Shown here in pieces: positions 11,869 to 23,669 of a stretch of 64,000 bases of DNA. This stretch comes from Dendrobates tinctorius. Lineage: Eukaryota. Position 1 is the first letter of the stretch. Each line of letters starts with the position of its first letter. Both the position numbers and the translations under genes were made by a program. The stretch spans positions 9,052,001 to 9,116,000 of the forward strand of contig NW_027361818.1 of the NCBI RefSeq assembly GCF_039654945.1, given 5' to 3'. Under the pieces are notes generated by a model. That model was not told where the DNA came from. It ran no database searches and saw only the letters and a program-made list of their open reading frames with translations.

Positions 11869-14800
11869 TCTGGCTGTTATGTGACAGGAGTGGCGTGCTT
11901 GCGCAGTCTCCTCCAGAGGTCAGTGATGCCACTCCGTTCTGCGCCTGCGCAGTGGGTGCACTAGTTTTCTGTGTCACCGCTTGGGTCTGTGCCTGCATGA
12001 TGGGTGTAATAGGCGGCCCAATGTGTCCCCAGGACAGGAAGCTGTCAGCACTAATTATTCACTCCACATGTGAAGATAGGAAGTATGAAAGGTGGCGCGT
12101 AATATAAAGATAAAACGGTGAGCAGCCTCTTTGATGGCATTTTTGGGATATGAAGGCATCTATTCACATAATATTATTTCCCCTGATGATCTGGATAACA
12201 GTGAAATGCGTCGGGAGACAGGAGATGTACTGATAAGGAGGAACCCATCCCTGTATAATATGGGTGAGATCCTCCCTTATTATATGCCATGTATGCAAAC
12301 TTTTCAAAATTAAGGAGGTATAAGCTTATTTGGTATATACCCTAACGGGAAGGCATTATATACATATGAAATGTACCTCAGTTTGCAAGATATGCCACTT
12401 TCAAATATATAAGCCAATGTTACTGCTGCTATAGAGTCTATGGAATTTGGTGCCCTTTAGAATGGGGGAATGCACTGTTTTTTTTTCGCTCTGACTGAGC
12501 CTATGTCATACCATAGACTACGTCTTAACATTTAACTCCTTTATGACTATGAGGAATGATATTTATGACTCCACTGGTCTGGTTAAATTGTGAAAGCCTG
12601 GTTTAAGAGGAACTGTTGAGTAATGTCTCTGAATACCTCATAGATGCTATCACATACATAGTATTGTGTGAGAGAAGATCATTGGGGGTTTTTCCTGACT
12701 ATCTCAAAAGTGGATGGTGATTGTATATGTTTGCTTGTCTTTCGTTATGTGCACTTTTATCAGGATTATACTCCTTTTTAATAGGTTGAAATAAAGTAGA
12801 TTTATTTTATTCTTTGTTGTTCTATATTCGGTACTAGCTTGCTGCTAATCTATATTATTCCGGCTGGTAGATCACTTGCTATTTTTCACCCCCAGGTTTA
12901 ACATCTGAATAACCTCCTTTGAGATTACTTCTTGGCGGGCCTCAGGAATCCTTTAGGGTTTTAAATTTACCTGATCATAAGGCTCAGTATCTCATGCTCA
13001 ATGACACAAGTGAGACCTCGTAATTCGGAGGACATGTCCTTATTTTGGTGTAACAATTTTTGACACTGCTGTTTCTGAAAGGGTGACAAAGTTTCTGCAG
13101 CTTTGACATCCTTATTGTTTGCTTCTGACTGGGCAACCAAGCAAGGGGTTTCAAGAGGCTTCCTACCCTTCCAGGGTTTTATTATGTTGACATGATACAG
13201 TATATCTGGAATGGCTTCCTTTTCTCTGGTTGGTGTGTTTTATAATTGACCTTTCCAATTTTTTCCACCATTTCACAGGGTCCCTGCCATTTGGCCAGGA
13301 ACTTGCTCTCCACTGTTGGCATTAGCACAAGAACCCGATCCCCAGGCTTAAGCTGTGTCACTCGAGCCAATCTATTATACACTTTGGATTGTGCCTCTTG
13401 TGCCTTGTGGAGATGATCGTGTACAATAGGCATAGCATCGGCAATCCTTTCCTGCATCTAAGTAACACGTTCTAATCTGCTTTTATAGGTGTGCTTTCAG
13501 TTTCCCATGTATCCTTTGCTATATCCAGTATTCATACAAACTGTACATACATTCGTAGAGTTGGAAAGGACCTCCTGGGCCATCTGGTCCAACCCCCTGC
13601 TCAAAGCAGGATTCGCTAAATCATCCCAGACAGATGTCTGTCCAGCCTCTGTTTGAAGACTTCCATTGAAGGAGAACTCACCACTTCTCGTGGCAGCCTG
13701 TTCCACTCATTGATCACTCTAACTGTCAAAAAGTTTTTTCTAACATCTAATCTGTGTCTCCTCCCATTCAGTTTCATCCCATTGCTTCTAGTCTTTCCTG
13801 CAACTGAGAATAAAAGATGATCCGTCTACAATGTGACAGCCCTTGAGATATTTGTAGACAGCTATTAAGTCTTCTCTCAGTCTTCTCTTTTGCAAGCTAA
13901 ACATTCCCAAATCCTGCAACCTTTCCTCATAAGACAGGGTTTGCAGACCGGTCACCATTTTGGTCGCTCTTTTCTGAACTTGCTCCAGTTTGTTAATGTC
14001 TTTTTTAAAATGTGGCGCCCAAAACTGTACACAATATTCCAGATGAGGTCTGACCAAAGAGGAGTAGAGGGAAATAATGACTTCACGTGATCTAGACTGT
14101 ATGCTTCTGTTAATACATCCTAGAATTGTATTTGCCTTCTTTGCTGCTGCATCACACTGTTGACTCATATTCAGTCTGTGATCCATTAGTATACCCAAGT
14201 CTTTTTCACATGTGCTGTCACTTAGCCCTATTCCTCCCATTCTGTATATGCTTTTTTCATTTTTATTGCCCAGATGTAGTACTTTGCATTTTTCTCTGTT
14301 AAAAACCATTATGTTAGTTGCTGCCCACTGCTCCAGTTTATTTATATCTTTTTGAATCCTCTCTCTCGCTACTCTAGTATTAGCTATCCCTCCTAGCTTT
14401 GTGTCATCAGCAAATTTAATCAGTTTACCCTCAATTCCTTCATCTAAATCATTGATAAAGATGTTGAACAATACAGGGCCCAGTACAAAACCCTGTGCTA
14501 CCTCACTTGAGACATTCTTCCAACTGGATGTGCAGCCATTTACGACCACTCTTTGGGTCCGATCACTAAGCCAGTTATGAATCCACCTAACAGTTGCCTT
14601 GTCCATTCCATACTTAGTCATTTTTTCAATAAGGATTGTGTGAGATACTTTGTCAAATGCTTTGCTGAAGTCAAGATATACTATATCTGCAGCATTTCCC
14701 TGATCCACCCAGTCAGTGATTCTGTCATAGAAGGAAATTAAGTCTGACATGACTTATTAGTCACAAACCCATGCTGACTCTGGTTAATCACTTCATTCTT

Positions 14801-14900
14801 TTCCAGGTACTTACATACATGTTGTTTAATAATTTGTTCAAAGATGTTTCTTGGTGTGGAAGTCAGACTCACCGGCCTATAGTTGCCTGGGTCCACCTTC

Positions 14901-15716
14901 CAACTGGAGAAGTGGGCAGCAACTAACAGAATGGTTTTTAACAGGGAGAAATGCAAAGTACTACATCTGGGCAATAAAAATGAAAAAAGCATATATAGAA
15001 TGGGAGGAATAGGGCTAAGTGACAGCACATGTGAAAAAGACTTGGGTATACTAATAGATCACAGACTGAATATGAGTCAACAGTGTGATGCAGCAGCAAA
15101 AAAGGCAAATGCAATTCTAGGATGTATTAACAGAAGCATACAGTCTAGATCACGTGAAGTCATTATTTCCCTCTACTCCTCTTTGGTCAGACCTCATCTG
15201 GAATATTGTGTCCAATTTTGGGCACCACATTTTAAAAAAGACATCAACAAACTGGAGCAAGTTCAGAAAAGAGCGACCAGAATGGTGACCGGTCTGCAAA
15301 CCCTGTCTTATGAGGAAAGGTTGCAGGATTTGGGAATGTTTAGTTTGCAAAAGAGAAGACTGAGAGGAGACTTAATAGCTGTCTACAAATATCTAAAGGG
15401 CTGTCACATTGTAGAAGGATCAACTTTATTCTCATTTGCACAAGGAAAGACTAGAAGCAATGGGATGAAGCTGAATGGGAGGAGACACAGATTAGATATT
15501 AGAAAAAACTTTTTGACAGTTAGAGTGATCAATGAGTGGAACAGGCTGCCACGAGAAGTGGTGAGTTCTCCTTCCATGGAAGTCTTCAAACAGAGGCTGG
15601 ACAGACATCTAACTGGGATGATTTAGCGAATCCTGCTTTGAGCAGGGGGTTGGACCAGATGGCCCAGGAGGTCCCTTCCAACTCTACGATTCTATGATTC
15701 TATGATTCTATGATTC
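14901..15716 (+). mobile_element. CR1 LINE 3' fragment, same family, inserted antisense into the previous CR1
   Basis: ORF 14883-15626 is the RT C-terminus; (ATTCTATG)n tail at about 15688-15716; near-identical inverted to 13550-14340. Confidence 0.92.
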
Positions 15717-15757
15717 TTCCCCTTTTTGAAGATAGGAACAACATTTGCTCTTCTCCA

Positions 15758-16099
15758 AGGTAAAAAAAGAAAATTTTTTCAGCTCACCACAAAGAAGACA
15801 GCTATAAGTCCGATCGGTGCACGGAATGTGGAAACAGGATCCCTCTGCAGCAAAGCGTAATATGGAAAAAAATTCCAGCATCCAGATCAGTAATTAGATT
15901 AAAAAATTTTTTATTCCTTTATTCCAAAATTTAAAAAAATCATAAGATTCTCCATCATGATAAGAGACGCATCAGGACGTGTAGTCAACTACACGTCCTG
16001 ATGCGTCTCTTATCATGATGGAGAATCTTATGATTTTTTTAAATTTTGGAATAAAGGAATAAAAAATTTTTTAATCTAATTACTGATCTGGATGCTGGA
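15758..16099. mobile_element. Penelope-like 3'-end fold-back insertion
   Basis: Perfect palindrome about 15870-16102 with a 2-nt CA spacer; 15-bp TSD ATTTGCTCTTCTCCA at 15743-15757 and 16100-16114; AATAAA...GGTGAG terminal motifs on the minus strand. The PLE assignment is inferred. Confidence 0.7.
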
Positions 16100-17535
16100 A
16101 TTTGCTCTTCTCCAGTCTTCTGGGACTTCTGTTCTCCAAGAATTTTCAAAGATTATGGAGAGGGGGTTCAAAAATTTCTTCTGCTATCTCCTTCATTACT
16201 CTGGGGTGTAATTCATCTGGACCTGGAGACTTGAATCCCTGGGGGTGTCAGCCGTACAGTAGCTCAAGCGGCGAAAACTCCATTGAGGATAGTGGACAGT
16301 CCCAATCCAGACCGTCCTTCTCTACCACCATCTTTAACAAGGCCTTCAAAGTTTTATTAAACCTCTCTCTCACACTATCCGTTTGTGGATGTTACAGTAC
16401 ATAAAGATACGTAGCTGTGAAGATTGTAGGGTCTTACACAACTCCCTCATGACTTTCCACATAAATAGCAAAATACGGGAACCAATTATCTGCCCCTGAC
16501 TCCTGGGGAACACCATTCAACACCATTACATTTTACAGAGCCCCTTACAGTGTTGAATCTCTGAGCTGGGAAGTCACAAAGTTTTCCCTGGACAACTCAA
16601 GGTTAGGGATATTGGCTTCAGGGGATGCTTCCACAATCTAATTGCCAGCCAGTACAGTGAAAGGAAATACACTAATTCCTCGTTCACTATAACCTCATGC
16701 AATCAGTCCTTGACAATTCCTACTTTGTAGAATACGGAACCACAGTCCATGCATATGTTGACCTAGGCCATGGGATATTTTGTGGTGTCTGTGTAATAAT
16801 GCAGGTACGCAGGATGCAGTGACGAGCAGGATGCAGAACAAGAGTTTAAGGGTTTATTACAGGGGATTCTCCACGCAGGGAGAGAAAGAGTTATGCGAAG
16901 AGTAAAACTGAGTATTGGATACACAAATGCCAAAGTTTTTTTTATATCAAACATACTATTCCTTGTTCCAAAATCCCAGACCCCAAATCCAGTCAAATTA
17001 ACCCCCTCAGTAACTTAATGTTTCTGGTATAGATATTTTACATTACCGAGGCCAACCACCTTGATGAGACATATCTGCCATCCAGAACTTTTCCTCCTGC
17101 TTCCTTACAATAAAAATATACACACAAATGCACAGGTAGGTTTTCACGCACATGAACAGTAAAAAAAAAACATAAAAAATAGACTAAAAATTGGTTATAT
17201 ACATTTGTATCGCAAATAAACCCAATTATATAAGTTACATGGTAATTAATTCTATATGTACCTCAAAACAACACTTAAAAATAAAACAGTTTGTCCTGCA
17301 GAAAACAAAACCTCATTCAGCCATATCATTGAGAAAATTAAAAAGTTATGGCTGCTACAAAGAGGAGAGGCATGAAAGCAAAAAAATGGCCAACGGTCAT
17401 TAGGAGGTTAATCCTACTGGTCAATATTTCGGGGCAAATTTTGACATAATTGTTGGTGATGATGATCTATGGCTGCCGTCTTTCCCTCTAGAGGTCGAGA
17501 GTTAATTAGTAGCTGCAATAAGTGGAGAAAACCTC

Positions 17536-17582
17536 TAATGAGCCTCCTGACAATAATGAGGCAGGAGGAGGCTCCCGAGAGA
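17536..17582 (+). promoter_or_regulatory. Candidate olfactory-receptor promoter (two TAATGA homeodomain sites plus an O/E-like site)
   Basis: TAATGA at 17536 and 17554; TCCCGAGAGA at 17573-17582 (one mismatch to TCCCNNGGGA); about 1.45 kb upstream of the OR ATG. Confidence 0.35.
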
Positions 17583-18459
17583 GTCTCAAGTCAGGATATT
17601 AAATGGCTTACTGTGGATAATTAAATCCTGAACATCTTGGCGCCATCATCTCAGATCACGGCAGAGAAGGCGCTGCGTCTGTCATCGCGTGACTGACATC
17701 ACCTCATCCAGATGTGGACAGATCTGACCAAGGATCTAATGCAGCCGCTCATGGCTCATGGGGGGTCTAAAGCCCAGAAATTATTTACTCTCATTCACAA
17801 GACCCCTTAATGGATATGTGTTTTATAGGTCTATAATAAGGGACGTGCAGAAATCTATGTACCCTGTTCTCCCATGTTATATGGTGGTCCTTATATTTGA
17901 GTGTCCCATAGTAACATCCCCCAGTCAGAGTGGGATCAGGTAAGAGGATCACTAGGATATGTTACAATGATGGGAACGCTGGGGCATTATATCTTGCATA
18001 GTAGCATTATAATGTAATGGGGACACTGGATGTTGCTGTTATTATGGGGGCACTGTGGACATCACTATTATTATGGGGGCACTTTGTATGTTGCTGTTGC
18101 AAATGTTCTGTGGATGTCACTGTTATGGGGATAAGGTGGCCTGCACCTTAAAGGGGACCTCTATTATTTGTTCTCCTATATGAATACTGTGTGACAACAA
18201 TGATGGTTATCTTCTTCCCTTCTACTGTAGTTTAGAGAAGCAGGAACATCGATAGATCGTGACCGGTAATAATTGTGTTTGGTGTCTCCTGTAATTATTC
18301 ACTCTCTCTGCACACAATTCACACACATATGACAAATATTAGTCTTTGCATTAAAACAGTTTTCTGGAAAATCTCACACTGGTGTTACTTTCATCCCGAT
18401 GTCTTCTGTTTTGGGCTGCGGTGCATGTGAGAACGTGCTTGTGTGTTTGGTCTTCTGCT

Positions 18460-18750
18460 CCAGACAGAGTGGTTGGGGAGAAGCTCCTGCTGCATACCAA
18501 GTAGTGGGGAGAAGCTCCTGCTGCTGACCAAACAGTGGTGCAGAAGCTCCTGCTACAGATGAAGTGAGGGGGAGAAGATCCTTCTGCAGACCAAACAGTG
18601 AGGGAGAAGCTCCTTCTGCAGACCAATCAGTGGGGGGGAGAAGATGGTGCTGCAGACCAATCAGTGGGGGAGAAGCTCCTGCCACAGACTAAGCAGTGGG
18701 GGAGAGGCTCCTTCTGCAGATGAAGCACTGGGAAGAAGCTCCTGCCTCAG
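18460..18750. repeat. Degenerate minisatellite, about 31-bp unit
   Basis: Repeated cagtggggggagaagctcctgctgcagaccaa-like units. Confidence 0.85.
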
Positions 18751-18760
18751 ACAGTTGCCA

Positions 18761-18960
18761 TACATCTACAGCCAGGTCAGAGCTTTGTGAGATGAGGGGG
18801 GCACAGTGGATGATCACTTTCCAGTACATCTACAGCCAGGTCAGAGCTTTGTGAGATGAGGGGGGCACAGTGGATGATCACTTTCCAGTACATCTACAGC
18901 CAGGTCAGAGCTTTGTGAGATGAGGGGGGCACAGTGGATGATCACTTTCCAGTACATCTA
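18761..18960. repeat. Perfect tandem repeat, 3 x 64 bp
   Basis: Unit tacatctacagccaggtcag...gatcactttccag starts at 18761, 18825 and 18889, with a partial unit at 18953. Confidence 0.95.
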
Positions 18961-19020
18961 ATTTTGGGGCTGCTTTTATTTCTTTGGCCTTATACTCTCT
19001 TATGTTCTGCCCTCTAGGCA

Positions 19021-19971
19021 ATGGACAGGAAAAATCAATCAGCGATCACAGAATTTTACCTCTTGGGATTTGGAAATCTCCACAACTTCAGGATTGCAGT
19101 TTTCACTCTGTTTTTGATGGTCCACATCATGGCTTTGACTGCAAATGTCCTGGTCATTGTCCTTGTTGGGGTCACTGAGAGCCTCCACTGCCCGATGTAC
19201 ATCTTTCTGAGCCAGTTGTCCTTTTCGGAGATCTTGTTCACCAGTAACATTGTGCCCAATATGTTATGGTTAATCCTGGTGGGTGGAGGAAAAGTATCGG
19301 TGGCCCGGTGTCTCTCTCAATTTTACTTATTGGGCGTTCCAACCATTGCCCAGTGCTTGTTGCTGGCGGCCATGTCCTTTGATCGACATGTGGCAATCTG
19401 TAGACCATTACACTATGCTACTATTATGACCATCAGCCTTCAGCTGCAGATGGTCACCTCCTGTTGGTTCTTGGGCTTCACAATGTCCTTTTTTGTATAC
19501 ATTGTCTTAAGCAAATTGGAATTTTGCAGCTGTAACATCATCAACCACTTCTACTGTGATATTGCTCCACTTTTACGACTGTCCTGCTCCAGTACGTCTT
19601 CCGTAGAGCTGGCCACCACTATGGTAGCATTTCCTGTCCTGTTGTCACCATTTACGTTTATCGTAGTCACCTACGTATCTATCATTCGGGCCATCCTCAA
19701 AATTCCCTCCAACACGGGAAGACATAAAGCCTTCTCCACCTGCAGCTCCCACCTGATCATTGTCTGCATGTACTATGGGACATTGTCAACTATTTATATC
19801 TTTCCTCCAAGAGACAATTCCATAAATCTGAACAAAGGTCTGTCAGTTCTCTACACTCTGGTGACTCCCTTGTTTAACCCTTTAATCTACAGCTTAAGAA
19901 ACCAGGACATCAGAGGCGCCATTTTGAAATATAGTCAAGCTTTGAGGCCATGGAAAACAATTGAAACTTAG
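19021..19971 (+). CDS. Olfactory receptor (class II-like 7TM GPCR), intact 316 aa
   Basis: N-glycosylation site NQS, LHCPMY, MSFDRHVAICRPLHY, HFYCD, KAFSTCSSH, PLFNPLIYSLRN; splice acceptor (ccctctag) just before the ATG. Confidence 0.96.
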   Translation: MDRKNQSAITEFYLLGFGNLHNFRIAVFTLFLMVHIMALTANVLVIVLVGVTESLHCPMYIFLSQLSFSEILFTSNIVPNMLWLILVGGGKVSVARCLSQFYLLGVPTIAQCLLLAAMSFDRHVAICRPLHYATIMTISLQLQMVTSCWFLGFTMSFFVYIVLSKLEFCSCNIINHFYCDIAPLLRLSCSSTSSVELATTMVAFPVLLSPFTFIVVTYVSIIRAILKIPSNTGRHKAFSTCSSHLIIVCMYYGTLSTIYIFPPRDNSINLNKGLSVLYTLVTPLFNPLIYSLRNQDIRGAILKYSQALRPWKTIET

Positions 19972-20584
19972 AGAGTAAAGTCCATGGATATAAACTCATA
20001 TTATAATTTTAATTTCCATAAGCATTGGATAGATAACTTGTGAATTGACCCTAGAAGCAGAATACCCTATATATCTAGCACCAAAGCCCCAGAGATAATA
20101 GTCCTGCTCTAGAAAAAGTAGAGGAAAACTCTATGGTTTTGAGATAAAGCTAGTGATGTAAATTGTTGAAGCAATGTAAGTCAACCTTGATCTAGAGAAA
20201 ACCCTTCATAGATCTTATGGGTGGAGCATCAGGTTATGATCACCCAATAAGTGAACAGTTTCTAATGGTGGAAATGCAATGCGACAGATTCAGAAGGAGA
20301 TGACTATAGAAACAGAAAAACACTTTACAATAGAATTATATAGAATTTTCGAGAAATGCTGAAAGAAGAGAAGAGTCATAGATTGTTCTTATTGGTGGGA
20401 TGTCAGTTTGAAATAACCAAAAAGCAGGAAAGCATTAGGAGATAACCAAAGTTATCCAAAATTGGGGTAGTATTGATAGGTAATAGAACAACATCACACA
20501 TCCTTAATCTAGGTACAAGACAAAAATTGACCCTGTGCGGCAGAAAGTATAAGATGATGCCCTGATGATGTTGAGGATAACTCT

Positions 20585-20770
20585 AAGGCTTGTTCACACG
20601 TTCAGTATTTGGTCAGTATTTCACACCAGTATTTTTAAACCAAAACCAGGAGCGGGTGATAAATACAGATGTGGTGACGTGTTTCTATTATACTTTTCCT
20701 CTGATTGTTCCACTCCTAATTTTGGCTTACAAATACTGATGTAAAATACTGACCAAATATTGGTGACCTT
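20585..20770. mobile_element. Palindromic MITE
   Basis: cagtatttggtcagtattt...aaatactgaccaaatattg long internal inverted repeat. Confidence 0.6.
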
Positions 20771-21299
20771 AAACTAATACTTTGCTGAAATCCCCTTTTA
20801 GTTTTTGGGAGCATTCAGTCTTTTTGAATTGGAGTCTATCAGAGCGGTTCATATAGAATTGGCGGTCTTTGCTTCTCCTGGCAGTAGCTCCACATCTGTC
20901 TGATTGAGGGGCACTTTCAATTGGATTTAGATCTGGGCTATTCCAAAATTGTGATCTTCTGGTGAAACCTTTCTTTTGGTGATTTGGAGGTCACTTCAAG
21001 TTTTGGTGCTGAAAGGAGAAATTCCTCTTCATCTTCAGCCTTTAGTGGAGGCCTGAAGATTGTGATACAAAATTGACTGATATTTGCAGCTATTCACAAT
21101 TACTTCTTGTCTAGAATATCGCAGCCCAGGAAGGTCAAGCAGAACCGGTCCCGCCCATCACTTACCAGTCATTCCTAAAACCTGGACCCATGCTGCTCCA
21201 CTAAGTAAAACCTTTCAGCACTGGTGGAGCCTTTTCCAGGTGTTGTATCACCGAGACCAGGTACCTTGGTGACACATCACTCCATCTTGGTCTTGACAG

Positions 21300-22950
21300 C
21301 AGCAGACATCATCTTGCTGCCTGTCTACAACATGAAAAAAAAATAAGAGAAATAATAAAGCTAGGTTAAGAAAGAAGAATTAAAATAAAGAATAAGTAAA
21401 ATTAAATAAATGGATATGAGGGATTTCAGGGTAAGAATCAATAATAAAGGAGAGTCAATAGTGGAGGACAGCCTAAACTTGGAGCAACACCTGGAGCTCT
21501 TGCATATAGCTGAACCCTTTTCCCTCAAGTGAGACCAGGTAGAAAAACTTCTCGTGCATGGAAAGGATAAGTCCTTCATATGCATTAAACCATCCACTTT
21601 ACTAATAGCAACATAGGTGGTCATAGCAGAACAGAGTGATGCAGCCCCCAGCTGCTATAACCAGATATCTCATAGAACGCTCGTAGGAAGAGTCGCAGTG
21701 ATAGAACAGGTACGCGCCTAAATCCATTGAGCTATTGGTAACCTGCTGAATTAATATTTGCCTCCTTTCCCTAAATTTTGCTGCAGCTTATTTAGACCAA
21801 AACTCTGGTAGGCTGTTAATTCTGGTGAATGGCTTTACCTGTGGGGCTCCTCAGGAGTGTCAATATTGGGCCCAAGTTAATCCAGGATTCAGCTATTGTA
21901 TGACTCCCCGGTAGCTTGGATATATCTAGAACATTTTCCGTTGGAAGAGGTATCAGACAAGGTTAACCGCCTTCCTGTCTCCTGTCTGTACTGGTAATTC
22001 AGCCCTTAGTGGTTTCTATATGTCAAATTTCATCTATTGTAGGCATCCAGAGGGGAGGACAAGCTGTGTACGCAGAGGAATCCAGTGTTTCCAACCAACT
22101 CGGGTCCATCCCTGACTGCTGTTCAATCTCGTCGAGAAATTTGGAATATTCCCTGGCTTGAGAGTTGATTGGGTTAAATTGGCCCTCTTTCCATGCTAGC
22201 TCAGAACCCCTCCTTACTGGTCAATCTCCTAAATGAGTTGGTCAGTTCCTATATCTTGGGGTTCAGATCCCTATTCTAGAGCAGTATGGGCAATGACACT
22301 TACACCATTTGGTTTGGCAACCATCACATACAATACGGTGGCACTAAAATTAGAGTGGATCTAGCTGGCTAATCCTTGTGTTTGTATATAATGTTTAGTC
22401 ATCTACATATTTCCTTAAAGCCTTTGTAAAACACCCACATCAAGTAGAGGGAGGATATTTATTGGTTTTTGATGGGGTCCTGAGAAGATTCTTTTACAAC
22501 ATGGATTCCTACAAAGTTACTAATCCTCCTTCCCTGACTAGACTCAGATTGTTGCTGTAGATGTGGAAAAGCTTAACGAGGACTTTTCTACATAACATGT
22601 GGTCCTGTCCTAAACACTTACCACACTGGTTGAAGATATTCCTCTTCACACATAACCCTCAGGAACTCAAAATGGGTATATCACCGCAAGCGAGTCTCCT
22701 AGGGGTCTTTAAAGATTTTATAAAAAGTGATTCTGCACCAGGAGAGTGACCGTAATGTGGAAAGCGACAGATCCCTTCTGTTATTGGCTTAATTCTAGCT
22801 AAAAATATACTCCCTTTCTACAAAGCACTTTGGCCAAACTGATTTAATTTCTGGCTTGAGTCTGAGCTGGGACTGCTGAAGAGGGATCATCCATAATAAT
22901 TAGCTTTTGGGGTGGTTACAGTTAGTTTACTGCACCACTTCTCTTGGGGT
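21300..22950 (-). mobile_element. Highly decayed L1-like LINE remnant
   Basis: Fragmentary similarity to endonuclease/ORF segments; no intact ORF. Confidence 0.35.
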
Positions 22951-23669
22951 AGGAAGTGTAGAAGTCTGTGGATTTTTTTGCATTTCCAAGTGCTTTCGTT
23001 TGTTCTGAAGTTTCTTCACTTGTGGCCAGTGATTGATGCCATGTTCAGCTGGCCAAAGATAACAGAAAACTTGAGACAAGTCAGGTCTCCAGACAGTGTT
23101 CTATGCCTTATTGGGAGACCCGAGTAGTCTCCTCATCTACCGCAGACAACACAGGACTTTGACTCCTTCACTGACAGAAATTCCTTGAAAAAGGCCAAGT
23201 GGCCAAAACATTTGAAATAATTTGTTTTTCTTCATTTGGGTCTTAATTTTACTGCAGGATTTTCAAAGTTGAATGCTGAAGTACAGGATGGGCCATTTAT
23301 ATGGATACACCTAAATAAAATGGGAATGGTTGGTGATATCAACTTCCTGTTTGAGGAACATTAGTATATGGGAGGGGGGAAACTTTTCAAGATGGGTGGT
23401 GACCATGGCAGCCATTTTAAAATTGGCCATTTTGGATCCAACTTTATTTTCTTTTTAATGGGAAGAGGGTCATGTGACTCAAACTTATTGAGAATTTCAC
23501 AAGAACACCAATGGTGTGCTTGGTTTTAACGTAACTTTATTCTTTCGTGATTTACAAGTTTATGACCACTTATAAAATGTGTGCAAAGTGCTGCTCATTG
23601 TATTGGATTGTCAATGCAACCCACTTCTTACTCGACACACTGATAGCAACACCGCAGAAGAAATGCTAG

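Larger units (their letters stand above)
13545..16215 (-). mobile_element. CR1 LINE, 5'-truncated, interrupted by a second CR1 and a PLE-like fold-back
   Basis: KSPGPDELHPRV...WRRANVVPIFKKG|KVDPGNYRPVSLTS...YLDFSKAFD...KFADDTKL; CR1 3' UTR at 13550-13620. Confidence 0.92.
12950..16760 (-). mobile_element. Gypsy/Ty3 integrase remnant split by a CR1 insertion
   Basis: FSPLELLYG*HPQG (about 16216-16280) joins ILDIAKDTWE...MQERIADAMP...KFLAKWQGP (13182-13530). Confidence 0.8.

Noticed and set aside
18460-18960. Regular repeats resembling a CRISPR array or a repeat-protein ORF
   Set aside because: No unique spacers and eukaryotic context; ordinary minisatellites.
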